Below, piece by piece: positions 9,201 through 17,398 of a DNA stretch of 64,000 nt. The notes beneath the pieces are model-generated. The model was given only the letters and a program-made list of their open reading frames with translations. It had not been told where the DNA came from and made no database searches. A program made the translations under genes and the position numbers. Source of the stretch: Ostreococcus lucimarinus. Its lineage: Eukaryota. The stretch is from assembly GCA_000092065.1 (NCBI GenBank), contig CP000581.1; one strand, 5' to 3'. The number at the start of each line of letters is the position of its first letter. Position 1 is the first letter of the stretch.

Positions 9201-9810
9201 ATTCGACGAGAATGGATTCCGCGGTAAAGGTCTCACGTGCGGCCGATCTTGCGCGTCGTTGGCATCTGCAACGCTTTCTACTGCCGAGCAAACCGCGTAC
9301 ACGTATTTCTGCTCGGACACGGGTACCACTGGCACTGCTTCCAACCTGGGCGGTGACACGGCCGGCTGGGGATTCTCCAGAGGGTACGTCGACGATAAAG
9401 CCATCGCTCCGGCGGGCGCGTACTACTGGTGGAACGGCGCTCCGCAGACGCAACCGAACGTCGACTACCAAACCGCCGCTCTCGAGTACGCGCAAACCGC
9501 GTACTTCATCACGATTATCATCGTCCAATGGGCCGATTTGATGATCGCCAAGACTCGCAAGTTGTCCATCTTTGAACAAGGCATGGGTAACGACTTCATG
9601 AACTTTGGTTTGATCTTCGAAACCGTCCTCGGCGCCACGTTGTGCTACACGCCCATCTTCAACAAAGTGTTTGGTACGCGCCCGCTGCACGTCCTTCACT
9701 GGTTCTCTGGCGTGCCTTGGTCGATTTTGATCTTCACGTACGACGAGTTGCGCAAGTCTTTGATTCGCTCCAACCCGAAGGGCTGGCTCGATCGCTGGAC
9801 GTACTGGTAA
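6283..9810 (+). CDS. P-type ATPase, subfamily IIC (Na+/K+- or Na+-ATPase alpha-subunit-like), 1175 aa.
   Basis: [13 protein letters not shown] phosphorylation motif, TGES, [24 protein letters not shown] hinge, and 10-TM layout. The N-terminal region up to the first TM is collinear with animal Na,K-ATPase alpha. ATG at 6283. A roughly 200-aa Cys-rich insertion sits between TM7 and TM8 (see findings). Confidence 0.9.
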   Translation: [1175 protein letters not shown]

Positions 9811-9977
9811 ACACGTTTACCGGGGTAGAAGATTCTTCCTAGCTTTTCCTTCCATATCTGTTTTAACGGAAAATTATCAAGTTGATTCATAACTTCATTA
9901 TTCCTATTACACACAGCTAAGACGTACGCGCGAACGAACGATTCGATTTGCTTGACGCGAGACGACAAAGTCGCTCG

Positions 9978-10646
9978 TCACACGATGTCGTGCTTCAGCT
10001 CCAACGCGTTGCATATCCTCCCGATGCAGCACGCCGCGCTGAGCGGATACCGCGACACGGATATAAAATCATCCGTGTACGCCACATCAACCTTCCCGTG
10101 CGCCATCGCCCCGATCGTAAACACCACCGCCGCGTCCTCCGGCAGCGCCTCGACGTATTCGGGCAATTTCTTCACCTCGGGCGCGCTAAACGAAAACCCC
10201 ACCCTTCTCGCTCCCGCCGGGAAGTACTTCGTCACCGGCTGTTTCACCACCTGCATCAATTTTTCCGGTCCGTTCGACGACCGTACGCTCAATTTCTGCA
10301 ACAACTGCACCATCAATCCGCAAAACCGCTTAAACGTCCGCGGCACGCGCGTCTTCGGCGACACCCTGAACAGCACGTTCTTCTGCGTGTTCACGTATAT
10401 CGCCTTCACCATCCCAGCCTTGTTCAGCGGCGAGTCCAATATCGCCAGCAGCGCCTGATGGCAGATGTCCGGTCGGTGATCGCCCGGCTGTTTCCCGTGT
10501 CGACGGATGAAGTTTGCGTGGTCGTCGCAATTCAGAATCGCGTACCCTTTCCCAACCTTGGCCGTCTCGAGCGTCGCGAGCTCGAGGACGAAGACGTACC
10601 CGCCGTCCTTGCGGTTCGCGTCGTCGTCCGGCGGCGGCGGCTCCAT
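9978..10646 (-). CDS. EMG1: Ribosomal RNA small-subunit methyltransferase NEP1/EMG1 (SPOUT family).
   Basis: Collinear with EMG1: FVLELATLETAKVGKGYAILNCDDH, RPDICHQALLAILDSPLNKAGMVKAIYVNTQKNVLFRVSPKTRVPRTFKRFCGLMVQLLQKLSVRSSNGPEKLMQVVKQPVTKYFP, AVVFTIGAMAHGKVDVAYTDDFISVSRYPLSAACCIGRICNALE. The track ORF extends to 10937 through an Arg-rich stretch. The first ATG in front of the conserved core is MEPPPPDDD at 10644-10646. Confidence 0.8.
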   Translation of the reverse strand: MEPPPPDDDANRKDGGYVFVLELATLETAKVGKGYAILNCDDHANFIRRHGKQPGDHRPDICHQALLAILDSPLNKAGMVKAIYVNTQKNVLFRVSPKTRVPRTFKRFCGLMVQLLQKLSVRSSNGPEKLMQVVKQPVTKYFPAGARRVGFSFSAPEVKKLPEYVEALPEDAAVVFTIGAMAHGKVDVAYTDDFISVSRYPLSAACCIGRICNALELKHDIV

Positions 10647-10974
10647 CGCGCGCGCGCGCGTCCGAGCGTCGCGAACTGCCGACGATGGGCGGCGGCGGCG
10701 CGACGCCACTCGCGACACCGCGACGCCGCGCGCGCGACCGCGCGCGCGCGACATGCCGACCGCGCGGTGCTCGACCGCGCGGGGCTCGACGGCGCGCGCG
10801 ACGCGCGATCGTCGACGCGCGCGACGCGAGCGCGGTTCGGGACGAAGGCGCGATGGGACGGGTCGCTCTCGGTCGACGTCGCCCGCGCGGCGCGGCGCGA
10901 CGACGCGGCGACGCGCGGGGGCGTTCACGAAGCTCATCGAGATACCCGCCGCGCGCGGCGTCGCGCGCGGGCTG

Positions 10975-12402
10975 ATGGTGCCGGCGAGGAATTTTTTGGA
11001 CGGGGCGAACGCGCGCGAGGTCGAGCTCGACCGCGTCGTCGCGCGGGCGCCGGACGCGGACAGGACGCCGGCGAGCGCGGCGGCGTTGCAGCCGTTGAGC
11101 GGATACGACGTCGGGGAGGTGCCGTTCGTGATGCAGGCGGTGTGCTATTACGAGAAGACGCTGGACGTGGGGACGCTCGAGCGAGGGCTGCGCGCGGCGC
11201 TGGGCAAATATCCGATGCTCGCGGGGAGGTTGGATTTAGAGACGAAGGGATGGTGGAATAAAGGCGTGCGTTTGACGAACGACGGCGTGCCGTTGCGCGT
11301 GGTGAGAGACGATGATCAGAAGTTCGAGGATTTGCCGCGGGATTACGCGGACGCGACGCGGCGGTTTTTGGATTTCGCGCCTTGGATAGATTTGATGCTG
11401 GGAGACGCGCCCGTGTTCACGGCCAAGGTGACGCAGTGCGCGGGCGGGGGGAGCGTGTTGGGGGTGTGCATGTCGCACGCGGTGAGCGATGGACAAGGAT
11501 TTATTGAATTTTTAGTGACGTGGGCGAAGGCGGCGAACAACGAGGCGCATCCGTGGGGGGATCCCGTGTTCGATCGTTCGCTCGTGGCGCAGCCGGAGGC
11601 GGATATGTCCGTCGAGGACATGCGAGCGATGCTTTCGGAGGAGGGGTTCGATAACATCAACTCTGGGGCGATGCTGGCGAATGCGCTGTTCGCCGGACGC
11701 ACGCTCGTCCCGGACTTTTTGCGTTTTCCCGCGGGGAATCGGATGATGGTGAGCATTAAGGAAGAAAACATGCGCGCCCTGCGCGAGGCATCGGGAGCGA
11801 CAAACGACAACGAAGCGTTGAGCGCGCATTCGTGGCTGGCTTTGGCCGATCTGTGCGATCTTCCGAAAGGCGCGCCGTTAGAGCACGTCACCGTCGTGAG
11901 TGGTCGAGGCGGACGCACGGGTCTGCCGGACATGTACTTTGGCAACGCCGCCATCGGCGTCGTCACGGGTCGCGTCAGCGTGGGCGACTACTCGACGCTA
12001 GCCCAAGTTCGCGACGGTCTGCGACCTGGATTCACAAAGGCTATGATGCGACGGAATAAATACTTAATGCTCACGGAAGCCGCGTTTCGCGCGGGTGTGA
12101 ACGGATTCGACTTCGACATCATGGCGTTCATGCAGGGTCAAATGGTGTGGTGCAACAATTTGGTTGAAATTTACAAAAAGTTGTACGACTTGGATTTCGG
12201 CACGGGCGGTCCGACCCTGGCGCTACCTCCGGAGCTGAATGATATCGTGCAAATCCAGTGTTCACGACCGGATCGCGCGACTGGGGCCCCCGCAGGGGCG
12301 AACGGGGTGGAGATGTTCATCAATCTTCCTCCTGCGGTGATGCGCAAATTGCGAGAGCCCGACTCCGTCGCGCGTTTAGCGGGTCAGACGGGCGTTAGAT
12401 AG
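10975..12402 (+). CDS. HXXXD-type (BAHD / transferase-family) acyl-CoA-dependent acyltransferase.
   Basis: HXXXD motif in CMSHAVSDGQGFIEFL. A DFGWG-like motif (LYDLDFGTGGP) sits near the C-terminus at the canonical spacing. The upstream part of track ORF 10507..12402 is antisense to EMG1. The start is assigned to ATG 10975 (MVPARNF). An alternative upstream ATG at 10753 is noted. Confidence 0.55.
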   Translation: MVPARNFLDGANAREVELDRVVARAPDADRTPASAAALQPLSGYDVGEVPFVMQAVCYYEKTLDVGTLERGLRAALGKYPMLAGRLDLETKGWWNKGVRLTNDGVPLRVVRDDDQKFEDLPRDYADATRRFLDFAPWIDLMLGDAPVFTAKVTQCAGGGSVLGVCMSHAVSDGQGFIEFLVTWAKAANNEAHPWGDPVFDRSLVAQPEADMSVEDMRAMLSEEGFDNINSGAMLANALFAGRTLVPDFLRFPAGNRMMVSIKEENMRALREASGATNDNEALSAHSWLALADLCDLPKGAPLEHVTVVSGRGGRTGLPDMYFGNAAIGVVTGRVSVGDYSTLAQVRDGLRPGFTKAMMRRNKYLMLTEAAFRAGVNGFDFDIMAFMQGQMVWCNNLVEIYKKLYDLDFGTGGPTLALPPELNDIVQIQCSRPDRATGAPAGANGVEMFINLPPAVMRKLREPDSVARLAGQTGVR

Positions 12403-12444
12403 ACTGATGTGTAAAGAAATTGCTGTGCTATATAATTTCATCTG

Positions 12445-15063
12445 CTAGAAGCCATCGATTGTGGACGCACTCACGCTCGATGACTCGTCGAAGCCGTCGT
12501 CGGGAATCGAGAACCCTTCCCCGGAGGTGAGCGACAAATCGGAGAGCGTCTCCGCGGCTCGTTGTTGCGCGCGCAGCACGCTCTTCGGCGGCGGCATCGG
12601 TGGCGGCGGCGGTGGCATCGGCGGTGGCGCCGGCGGTGGCGGAGGAACATCTTTCGCCGGATCGAGCAAAGAGTCGATCGAACCATCGTCGACTGGCTCG
12701 GGCGATGGCGACGGCTGCGCCGCGGCGAGCGCGACGTCCGCCGGCGCGGTGACGTTCGGAGACGGCGGCGGAGACGGCAAGTCCAGCCGGATCGGATCAC
12801 CAACCGGCGTCTTTTCTACGTCAGATACATGCGAGTGGCGAACAACGATGATTTCCTTGTCATCGTCGTTGTCGTCGTCGTCGTACGCGTCAGTGTCGAT
12901 TATTGACTTGAGCTTGGAACTCGCGCGCAAATAATCCTCCGTGGCGTCGGCGGCGGACGGCCCGCCGCGACTGCGTCGATGGCGGGCGTGATCGCTCTCC
13001 CCCACAGCCGCCGTCGACTGCCCCGCCACTGCACTCAAAAGTTTCAACATTTCCTTGGTTTGAATCTTCATCGTGTCTGGGCTATCTTTATCCTCGGCGG
13101 GCTTGTCCGGGAACTGGCTGTACGCGCGAATGAGACGCGCCGCATCCTCCTTGGAAGCGCCTTGCGGTAACTCGAGCGTGTCTTCGATCGAGTACCCGTG
13201 CGGGACCAGCGCGTGCTGCTTACGTTCGCTCGCGCTTCGCCCGGCCAAGTAATCGCTCAACGACCACGCTTTGATGTGCGAACCACCGTGGGGCATCTTC
13301 CATCCCCAAAAGAAACTCTGGATGCCGGCGCCCCGATACGCTTGCTCTTGATGCTCAAACATAATGTCCAAGACTTCCCTGTTCGAGCACGAGCGAGATG
13401 AGTCCGAAAACGTCGCCAGCGACCACTCCGATACGGCGAGATTTTGTACGCCGTACGTCTGCGCCGCCGCTCGGAAAGTACCGGCCCACTCGCCCGCGCG
13501 CTCGCCGACTTTTTGCGCGACGACGGATGGTTTGTCGTCGCAACTAAACGCGCACCCCGCGTTGGTGCCGCCCATGCATCCTGTGTACGACCACGCAAAG
13601 TAATGATGCACGTCTAACACCGCCCATGACTCGAGCTCTTTCACCGTGAATTGCGAACGCATCCAAGCCGCCATGTCCGCGACGTTCAGATCGAGCGTCT
13701 CGATCAAGTTGACGTACAGGTACGGGACGCGCTCGCCGTCGGGCACGCCGTCGTTGACGATTTCATCCTTGTACGTTTGCACAGCCTTGGCGAGCCAACG
13801 CAGAACCTTCGACCTTTGCGCCGGAAGGTTGTGCCCGGGCTCGTTCAGTAGCGTGATTCCGTGTACGGCGAGACGAGAGTCTTCCGGCAACGATTTGAAC
13901 CAGTTGAGCATGTTTCGAACGATGAGCAACCCCGTGCGACTGAGATCGTCGCGAGCGAACATCATCGGCGGATGCGGGAAAACGCCGTTGTACGTCCCAG
14001 CCGCCGCACCGCCGGGCATGCTGTGCAAATCAATCAACACCTTCAGCCCGGCGTTGCGAATTCGTTCGATCACCGCGTCTAAATCGGCGCCCGCCATGTT
14101 GACGAACAAGCGATCCGGGTACACGGGATCGACGAGGATGCGCTCGCCGCCGCGAGGCACCGTGGCCGGATCTCTCGCGAAAATGCTCCAAGACAGTGGC
14201 AATCGAACCATTTCGATCCCTTGCGACGCTATTTCTAATAAGTCTTCGTCCGTGATGTACTGCGCCCGATGCGCGGAGAAACTCGTCACCGCCGACTTCG
14301 CGCCAAAGTGCTTGACGAGCTTGTTGACTAAATCTCCCTCCGACGACCACGTGAACCCCAACGACGCGGCGTCGGGAAACATCGGCGGAAAACACACCCC
14401 GTTCTCGTCCCTGCGATCGGCGCTCACGTCGTGCGACGCGCCTTGCGCGAAGAACCACTCCTCTAAATGTAACCACCCGTGCAACGCCGCCCCCGTCGAT
14501 CTCCCCGCGTCGAACGTCGAGCTCGGGTGCGTCTTCGTCTCCTCGCCCTCCCACGCGCTATAACTCGACGTCATCGACGACGCGGTCTCTCCCGCGAGCG
14601 TCGCCGCGATCGACGCTCTCCCCGTCGCCTCGCCTTCGCCTTCGCCTCGCGTCGCCGCGTTCGCGTCCCGCTCGCTCGCGCGTTCGCGTTCGCGTCCATC
14701 TCCACCCTCCGTCGTCGTCGCGTTCCATCCGCCTCTCGTCCCGCGATGCCGCGCCATCACCAGCGCTCGCAATCCTCCCCCATCGCTCGACGTCGCGCTC
14801 GCGTACGCGCGCGCGCCGACCAGGACCGCCGCCGCCGCGAGCGGCGCCGCGCACGCGCACGCGCTCGCCCATCTTCCCCGCCCTACGCGCCCGCGCGCGC
14901 CCGTTCCCTCCCCCTCGCGCCCCGGCCCTCGACCGACGGCGTCACCCGCGCGAAACGGCCCGAAAAACCGCGCCCCGGGCCGTCGCTCGCCCCTCGACGC
15001 GTCGCGCCGCGCGTCAACACCATCGCCCCGCGTCGGCATCAATCTCGAGCGTTCGTTCGCCAT
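12445..15063 (-). CDS. Glycoside hydrolase family 5 (exo-1,3-beta-glucanase/cellulase-like) with an N-terminal signal-anchor and a C-terminal polyproline tail.
   Basis: GH5 landmarks: LHGWLHLEEWFF, catalytic acid context GITLLNEP, nucleophile context LAVSEWS. A hydrophobic segment WASACACAAPLAAAAVLVGARAYA lies about 75 aa from the proposed ATG (15063, MANERSRL). The C-terminal tail is VPPPPPAPPPMPPPPPPMPPP. The track ORF N-terminus (to 15651) runs into the neighbouring promoter and is discarded. Confidence 0.6.
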   Translation of the reverse strand: MANERSRLMPTRGDGVDARRDASRGERRPGARFFGPFRAGDAVGRGPGREGEGTGARGRVGRGRWASACACAAPLAAAAVLVGARAYASATSSDGGGLRALVMARHRGTRGGWNATTTEGGDGRERERASERDANAATRGEGEGEATGRASIAATLAGETASSMTSSYSAWEGEETKTHPSSTFDAGRSTGAALHGWLHLEEWFFAQGASHDVSADRRDENGVCFPPMFPDAASLGFTWSSEGDLVNKLVKHFGAKSAVTSFSAHRAQYITDEDLLEIASQGIEMVRLPLSWSIFARDPATVPRGGERILVDPVYPDRLFVNMAGADLDAVIERIRNAGLKVLIDLHSMPGGAAAGTYNGVFPHPPMMFARDDLSRTGLLIVRNMLNWFKSLPEDSRLAVHGITLLNEPGHNLPAQRSKVLRWLAKAVQTYKDEIVNDGVPDGERVPYLYVNLIETLDLNVADMAAWMRSQFTVKELESWAVLDVHHYFAWSYTGCMGGTNAGCAFSCDDKPSVVAQKVGERAGEWAGTFRAAAQTYGVQNLAVSEWSLATFSDSSRSCSNREVLDIMFEHQEQAYRGAGIQSFFWGWKMPHGGSHIKAWSLSDYLAGRSASERKQHALVPHGYSIEDTLELPQGASKEDAARLIRAYSQFPDKPAEDKDSPDTMKIQTKEMLKLLSAVAGQSTAAVGESDHARHRRSRGGPSAADATEDYLRASSKLKSIIDTDAYDDDDNDDDKEIIVVRHSHVSDVEKTPVGDPIRLDLPSPPPSPNVTAPADVALAAAQPSPSPEPVDDGSIDSLLDPAKDVPPPPPAPPPMPPPPPPMPPPKSVLRAQQRAAETLSDLSLTSGEGFSIPDDGFDESSSVSASTIDGF

Positions 15064-15357
15064 CGCGACGCTCGCGCGCGTCCGTCGTCGCTCGCGTTCG
15101 ATGGTTCGACGCGCGCGCTCGCGCTCGCGCTCGCGTCGCGTCGCCGCGGCGCGCGCTCGCGCGCTCGCGTCTCGCGTCGCTCGTCGCGCGGGTGTTGCGA
15201 CGGTCGCGGTCGCAGTCCGTGTGTAAACCCTAGTAATGAATGAATGTTCCGTGTGTGAACCACAACTCATGAGACTCGTCGGCGCCGCCGTCGCGCGCGC
15301 GCGCACACGCCGACGCGCGATCGCCCGCGCGGACGGCGCGCCGACCGGCTCGACGCG

Positions 15358-16839
15358 ATGGACTCCGAGTTCTGGGGGTGCGTCATCCCCGCGGGACGCG
15401 CGGTGCGCGTCGAAGTCGCGACGGACGAGGAGTACGTGCACGTCTCGCAGGCGGCGCTCGGCGCGGACGCGCGCGCGGGACGCACGACGGTGACGCTCGC
15501 GGTGGCGGACGACGCCGAGGCGAGCGGCGCGAGGGACGGGGCGCGACACGCGCTGTGCGCGCTGACGCGCGACGCGTGCGATCAGGTCGGGATGGACGTG
15601 GCGATGGACGCGAGCTTCGTGCTGCGAGCGACGGGACCGAACGACGTGCACGTGACGGGATGGCGGACGGCGAACGATGGGATCGACGAGGAGGAGGAGG
15701 CGAGGACGCTGGAGGCGATGGCGAGGGAGACGTCGAGCGAGGAGAGCGAACGGGAGAGCGAGGATTCGTCGGACGACGAGGACGCGGCGGAGGACGGGGA
15801 CGAGGAGGCGACGGACGACGAGAAGATGGACGCGGACTCGAGCGACGAGGAGGAGGAGGAGGAGGAGGAGGAGGAGGACGACGACGACGACTTTGAGACG
15901 CCGTACGACGTCGATAATTTGCCGAGCGACGGCGATTTATTCAGCGACAGCGAATGTGACGACGATAAGGCTTTCGCGAAAGCTATGGGTGTCGATAGCG
16001 AGGACGATCTCGAGAGCGATGAAGAGGAGGAATCCGATTCCGATTCCGAACCTGCCGTTCCGGAGCGAGACGCCGTGGTCAAGGTCGTGGGCGGGGATTC
16101 AGACAGCGAGGACTCGGACGAAGAGGAGTCCGACAGCGAAGAATCCGACAAACCGGTCAAGACGCTCGATCGATCGCCCGCGCTCAGGGACAAGCGCCAG
16201 AAACCCGACGAGTCCGAGTCGGAGTCCGAGTCGGAGTCCGAGTCGGAGTCCGACAAACCGAAAAAGAATGCGGAAGCGAGCGATTCCGACGAGTCCGAGT
16301 CAGAATCCGACAGCGACGAGTCGGATGGCGACGACGAGGACGAAAAATCCGCGTCCGAGCGCTCGGATGACAGCGAAAGTTCTTCCGACGTCGACGATTC
16401 TTCAGAAAGCGACGGTGACGACGCGGCAGAGGCAAATGACGATAGCGATTCCGATGACGCTGACAGCGACAGCGACGACGAATCGTCCGATTCGGACGTT
16501 TCTGAAGACATCAACGTCATCAAATCTGCAACCAAGCGGTTGGCCGAGACCTCGACGCCGAGCGGGTCGGCGAAAAAGCAAAAGAAGGAAAGCACGCCTG
16601 CGTCCGCAAAGGCACCGACGACGCCCAAGACGCCGACGACCGATACGAAGATGAACAGCGACGAGTACGCTAATCTTATTGTCGACTATCTCAAGGCGAA
16701 CCCCGAGACGATGATGTCCGCTCTCGGTGGACGCGTCAAGAAGCCGAAGAACTTTCCGCTCAAGCTCGGAGAGTTCATCAAAAGCAGAAAGGATTTATTC
16801 ACGATCGACGGCGCGTACGTTCGTCTCGTTAAAAAGTAA
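15358..16839 (+). CDS. Nucleoplasmin-like (HD2/HDT and FKBP53-type NPL) domain protein with long acidic Ser/Asp/Glu tracts and a C-terminal module of about 60 aa of unknown family.
   Basis: N-terminal MDSEFWGCVIPAGRAVRVEVATDEEYVHVSQAALG ... FVLRATGPNDVHVTGWRT matches the plant HD2-type/FKBP53 nucleoplasmin fold signature (MEFWG...HLSQAALG). Poly-acidic tracts follow. The C-terminus EYANLIVDYLKANPETMMSALGGRVKKPKNFPLKLGEFIKSRKDLFTIDGAYVRLVKK is globular and winged-helix-like. Confidence 0.65.
   Translation: MDSEFWGCVIPAGRAVRVEVATDEEYVHVSQAALGADARAGRTTVTLAVADDAEASGARDGARHALCALTRDACDQVGMDVAMDASFVLRATGPNDVHVTGWRTANDGIDEEEEARTLEAMARETSSEESERESEDSSDDEDAAEDGDEEATDDEKMDADSSDEEEEEEEEEEDDDDDFETPYDVDNLPSDGDLFSDSECDDDKAFAKAMGVDSEDDLESDEEEESDSDSEPAVPERDAVVKVVGGDSDSEDSDEEESDSEESDKPVKTLDRSPALRDKRQKPDESESESESESESESDKPKKNAEASDSDESESESDSDESDGDDEDEKSASERSDDSESSSDVDDSSESDGDDAAEANDDSDSDDADSDSDDESSDSDVSEDINVIKSATKRLAETSTPSGSAKKQKKESTPASAKAPTTPKTPTTDTKMNSDEYANLIVDYLKANPETMMSALGGRVKKPKNFPLKLGEFIKSRKDLFTIDGAYVRLVKK
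16210..16251. repeat. (GAGTCC/GAGTCG)n hexanucleotide microsatellite inside coding sequence (encodes the SESESE tract).
   Basis: Direct reading: gagtccgagtcggagtccgagtcggagtccgagtcggagtcc. Confidence 0.6.
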
Positions 16840-16900
16840 CTCACAACTCGAACGTAGCATGATAGCTATAGTCGTGTGCGCATCATCTTTGTGGCGTCAT

Positions 16901-17398
16901 TTATCGATCAATCACCTCCGAATCGCTCGCGTCGTCTTGGAATTCGTCAGAAATAAAACTCCAATCGGAGGGCGCCATCGAAACTTCGTCTTCGTCTTCA
17001 TCATCGTCGGCTAAACGGTCGTTCTCGAGAGGAATAGACATCGCTAACGCGTGTTCGACGCCCATGTCACTCGGTATCGCGGGTTCCACTTCGACTACTC
17101 GCCACGCCTCGCGCGCTTCTCGTTCTTCTCGTAATCTTTGCGAGCGCTCGACGAGCGACTTCGCCGCGAGCAACAGCCCCGCGACAGCCAGTGGCGTGTG
17201 TACTAGTACGTGCAAGAACCGCGCGAGCTGCGTCGCGCTGACGCTGCACGACACGGACAGACCGAGCGGATTGAAGACCTCGGCGCGCGCGCGACAAGGT
17301 CGCGTTGCGCCGTTCAAACCGCCGCCGCACAAGTTCAAGAGCGCGCGATCGTTCGTGAACACGAACGTCGGTCGCAGTTTACGCAAGAATGGAAGCAT
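16901..17398 (-). CDS. Hypothetical single-pass membrane protein with an acidic C-terminal tail (166 aa).
   Basis: ATG at 17396-17398 (MLPFLRKLRPTFVF...). One predicted TM (FLHVLVHTPLAVAGLLLAAKSLV) and a D/E-rich tail. GC3-rich codon usage. No family assignment possible by eye. Confidence 0.4.
   Translation of the reverse strand: MLPFLRKLRPTFVFTNDRALLNLCGGGLNGATRPCRARAEVFNPLGLSVSCSVSATQLARFLHVLVHTPLAVAGLLLAAKSLVERSQRLREEREAREAWRVVEVEPAIPSDMGVEHALAMSIPLENDRLADDDEDEDEVSMAPSDWSFISDEFQDDASDSEVIDR

Noticed and set aside
5551-9699. 1382-aa minus-strand ORF, the longest ORF in the window.
   Set aside because: It is entirely antisense to the well-supported P-type ATPase (6283..9810). Its translation is low-complexity R/A/G/D-rich with no domain signatures. 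Extreme GC3 bias keeps the opposite strand free of stop codons (TAA/TAG/TGA need A/T).
9696-9968. 90-aa minus-strand ORF in the AT-rich spacer after the ATPase.
   Set aside because: It lies wholly in the AT-rich 3' UTR island. Its codon usage is unlike all other genes here and it has no recognisable features.
12445-15651. Full 1068-aa extent of the GH5 ORF, and similar 5'-extended track ORFs (26007..28028, 28634..29941, 9978..10937, 47155..48957, 50829..52763).
   Set aside because: The extensions begin at GTG/TTG or run through neighbouring promoters, and they encode Arg-rich low-complexity sequence. Starts were moved to the first ATG preceding the conserved core.
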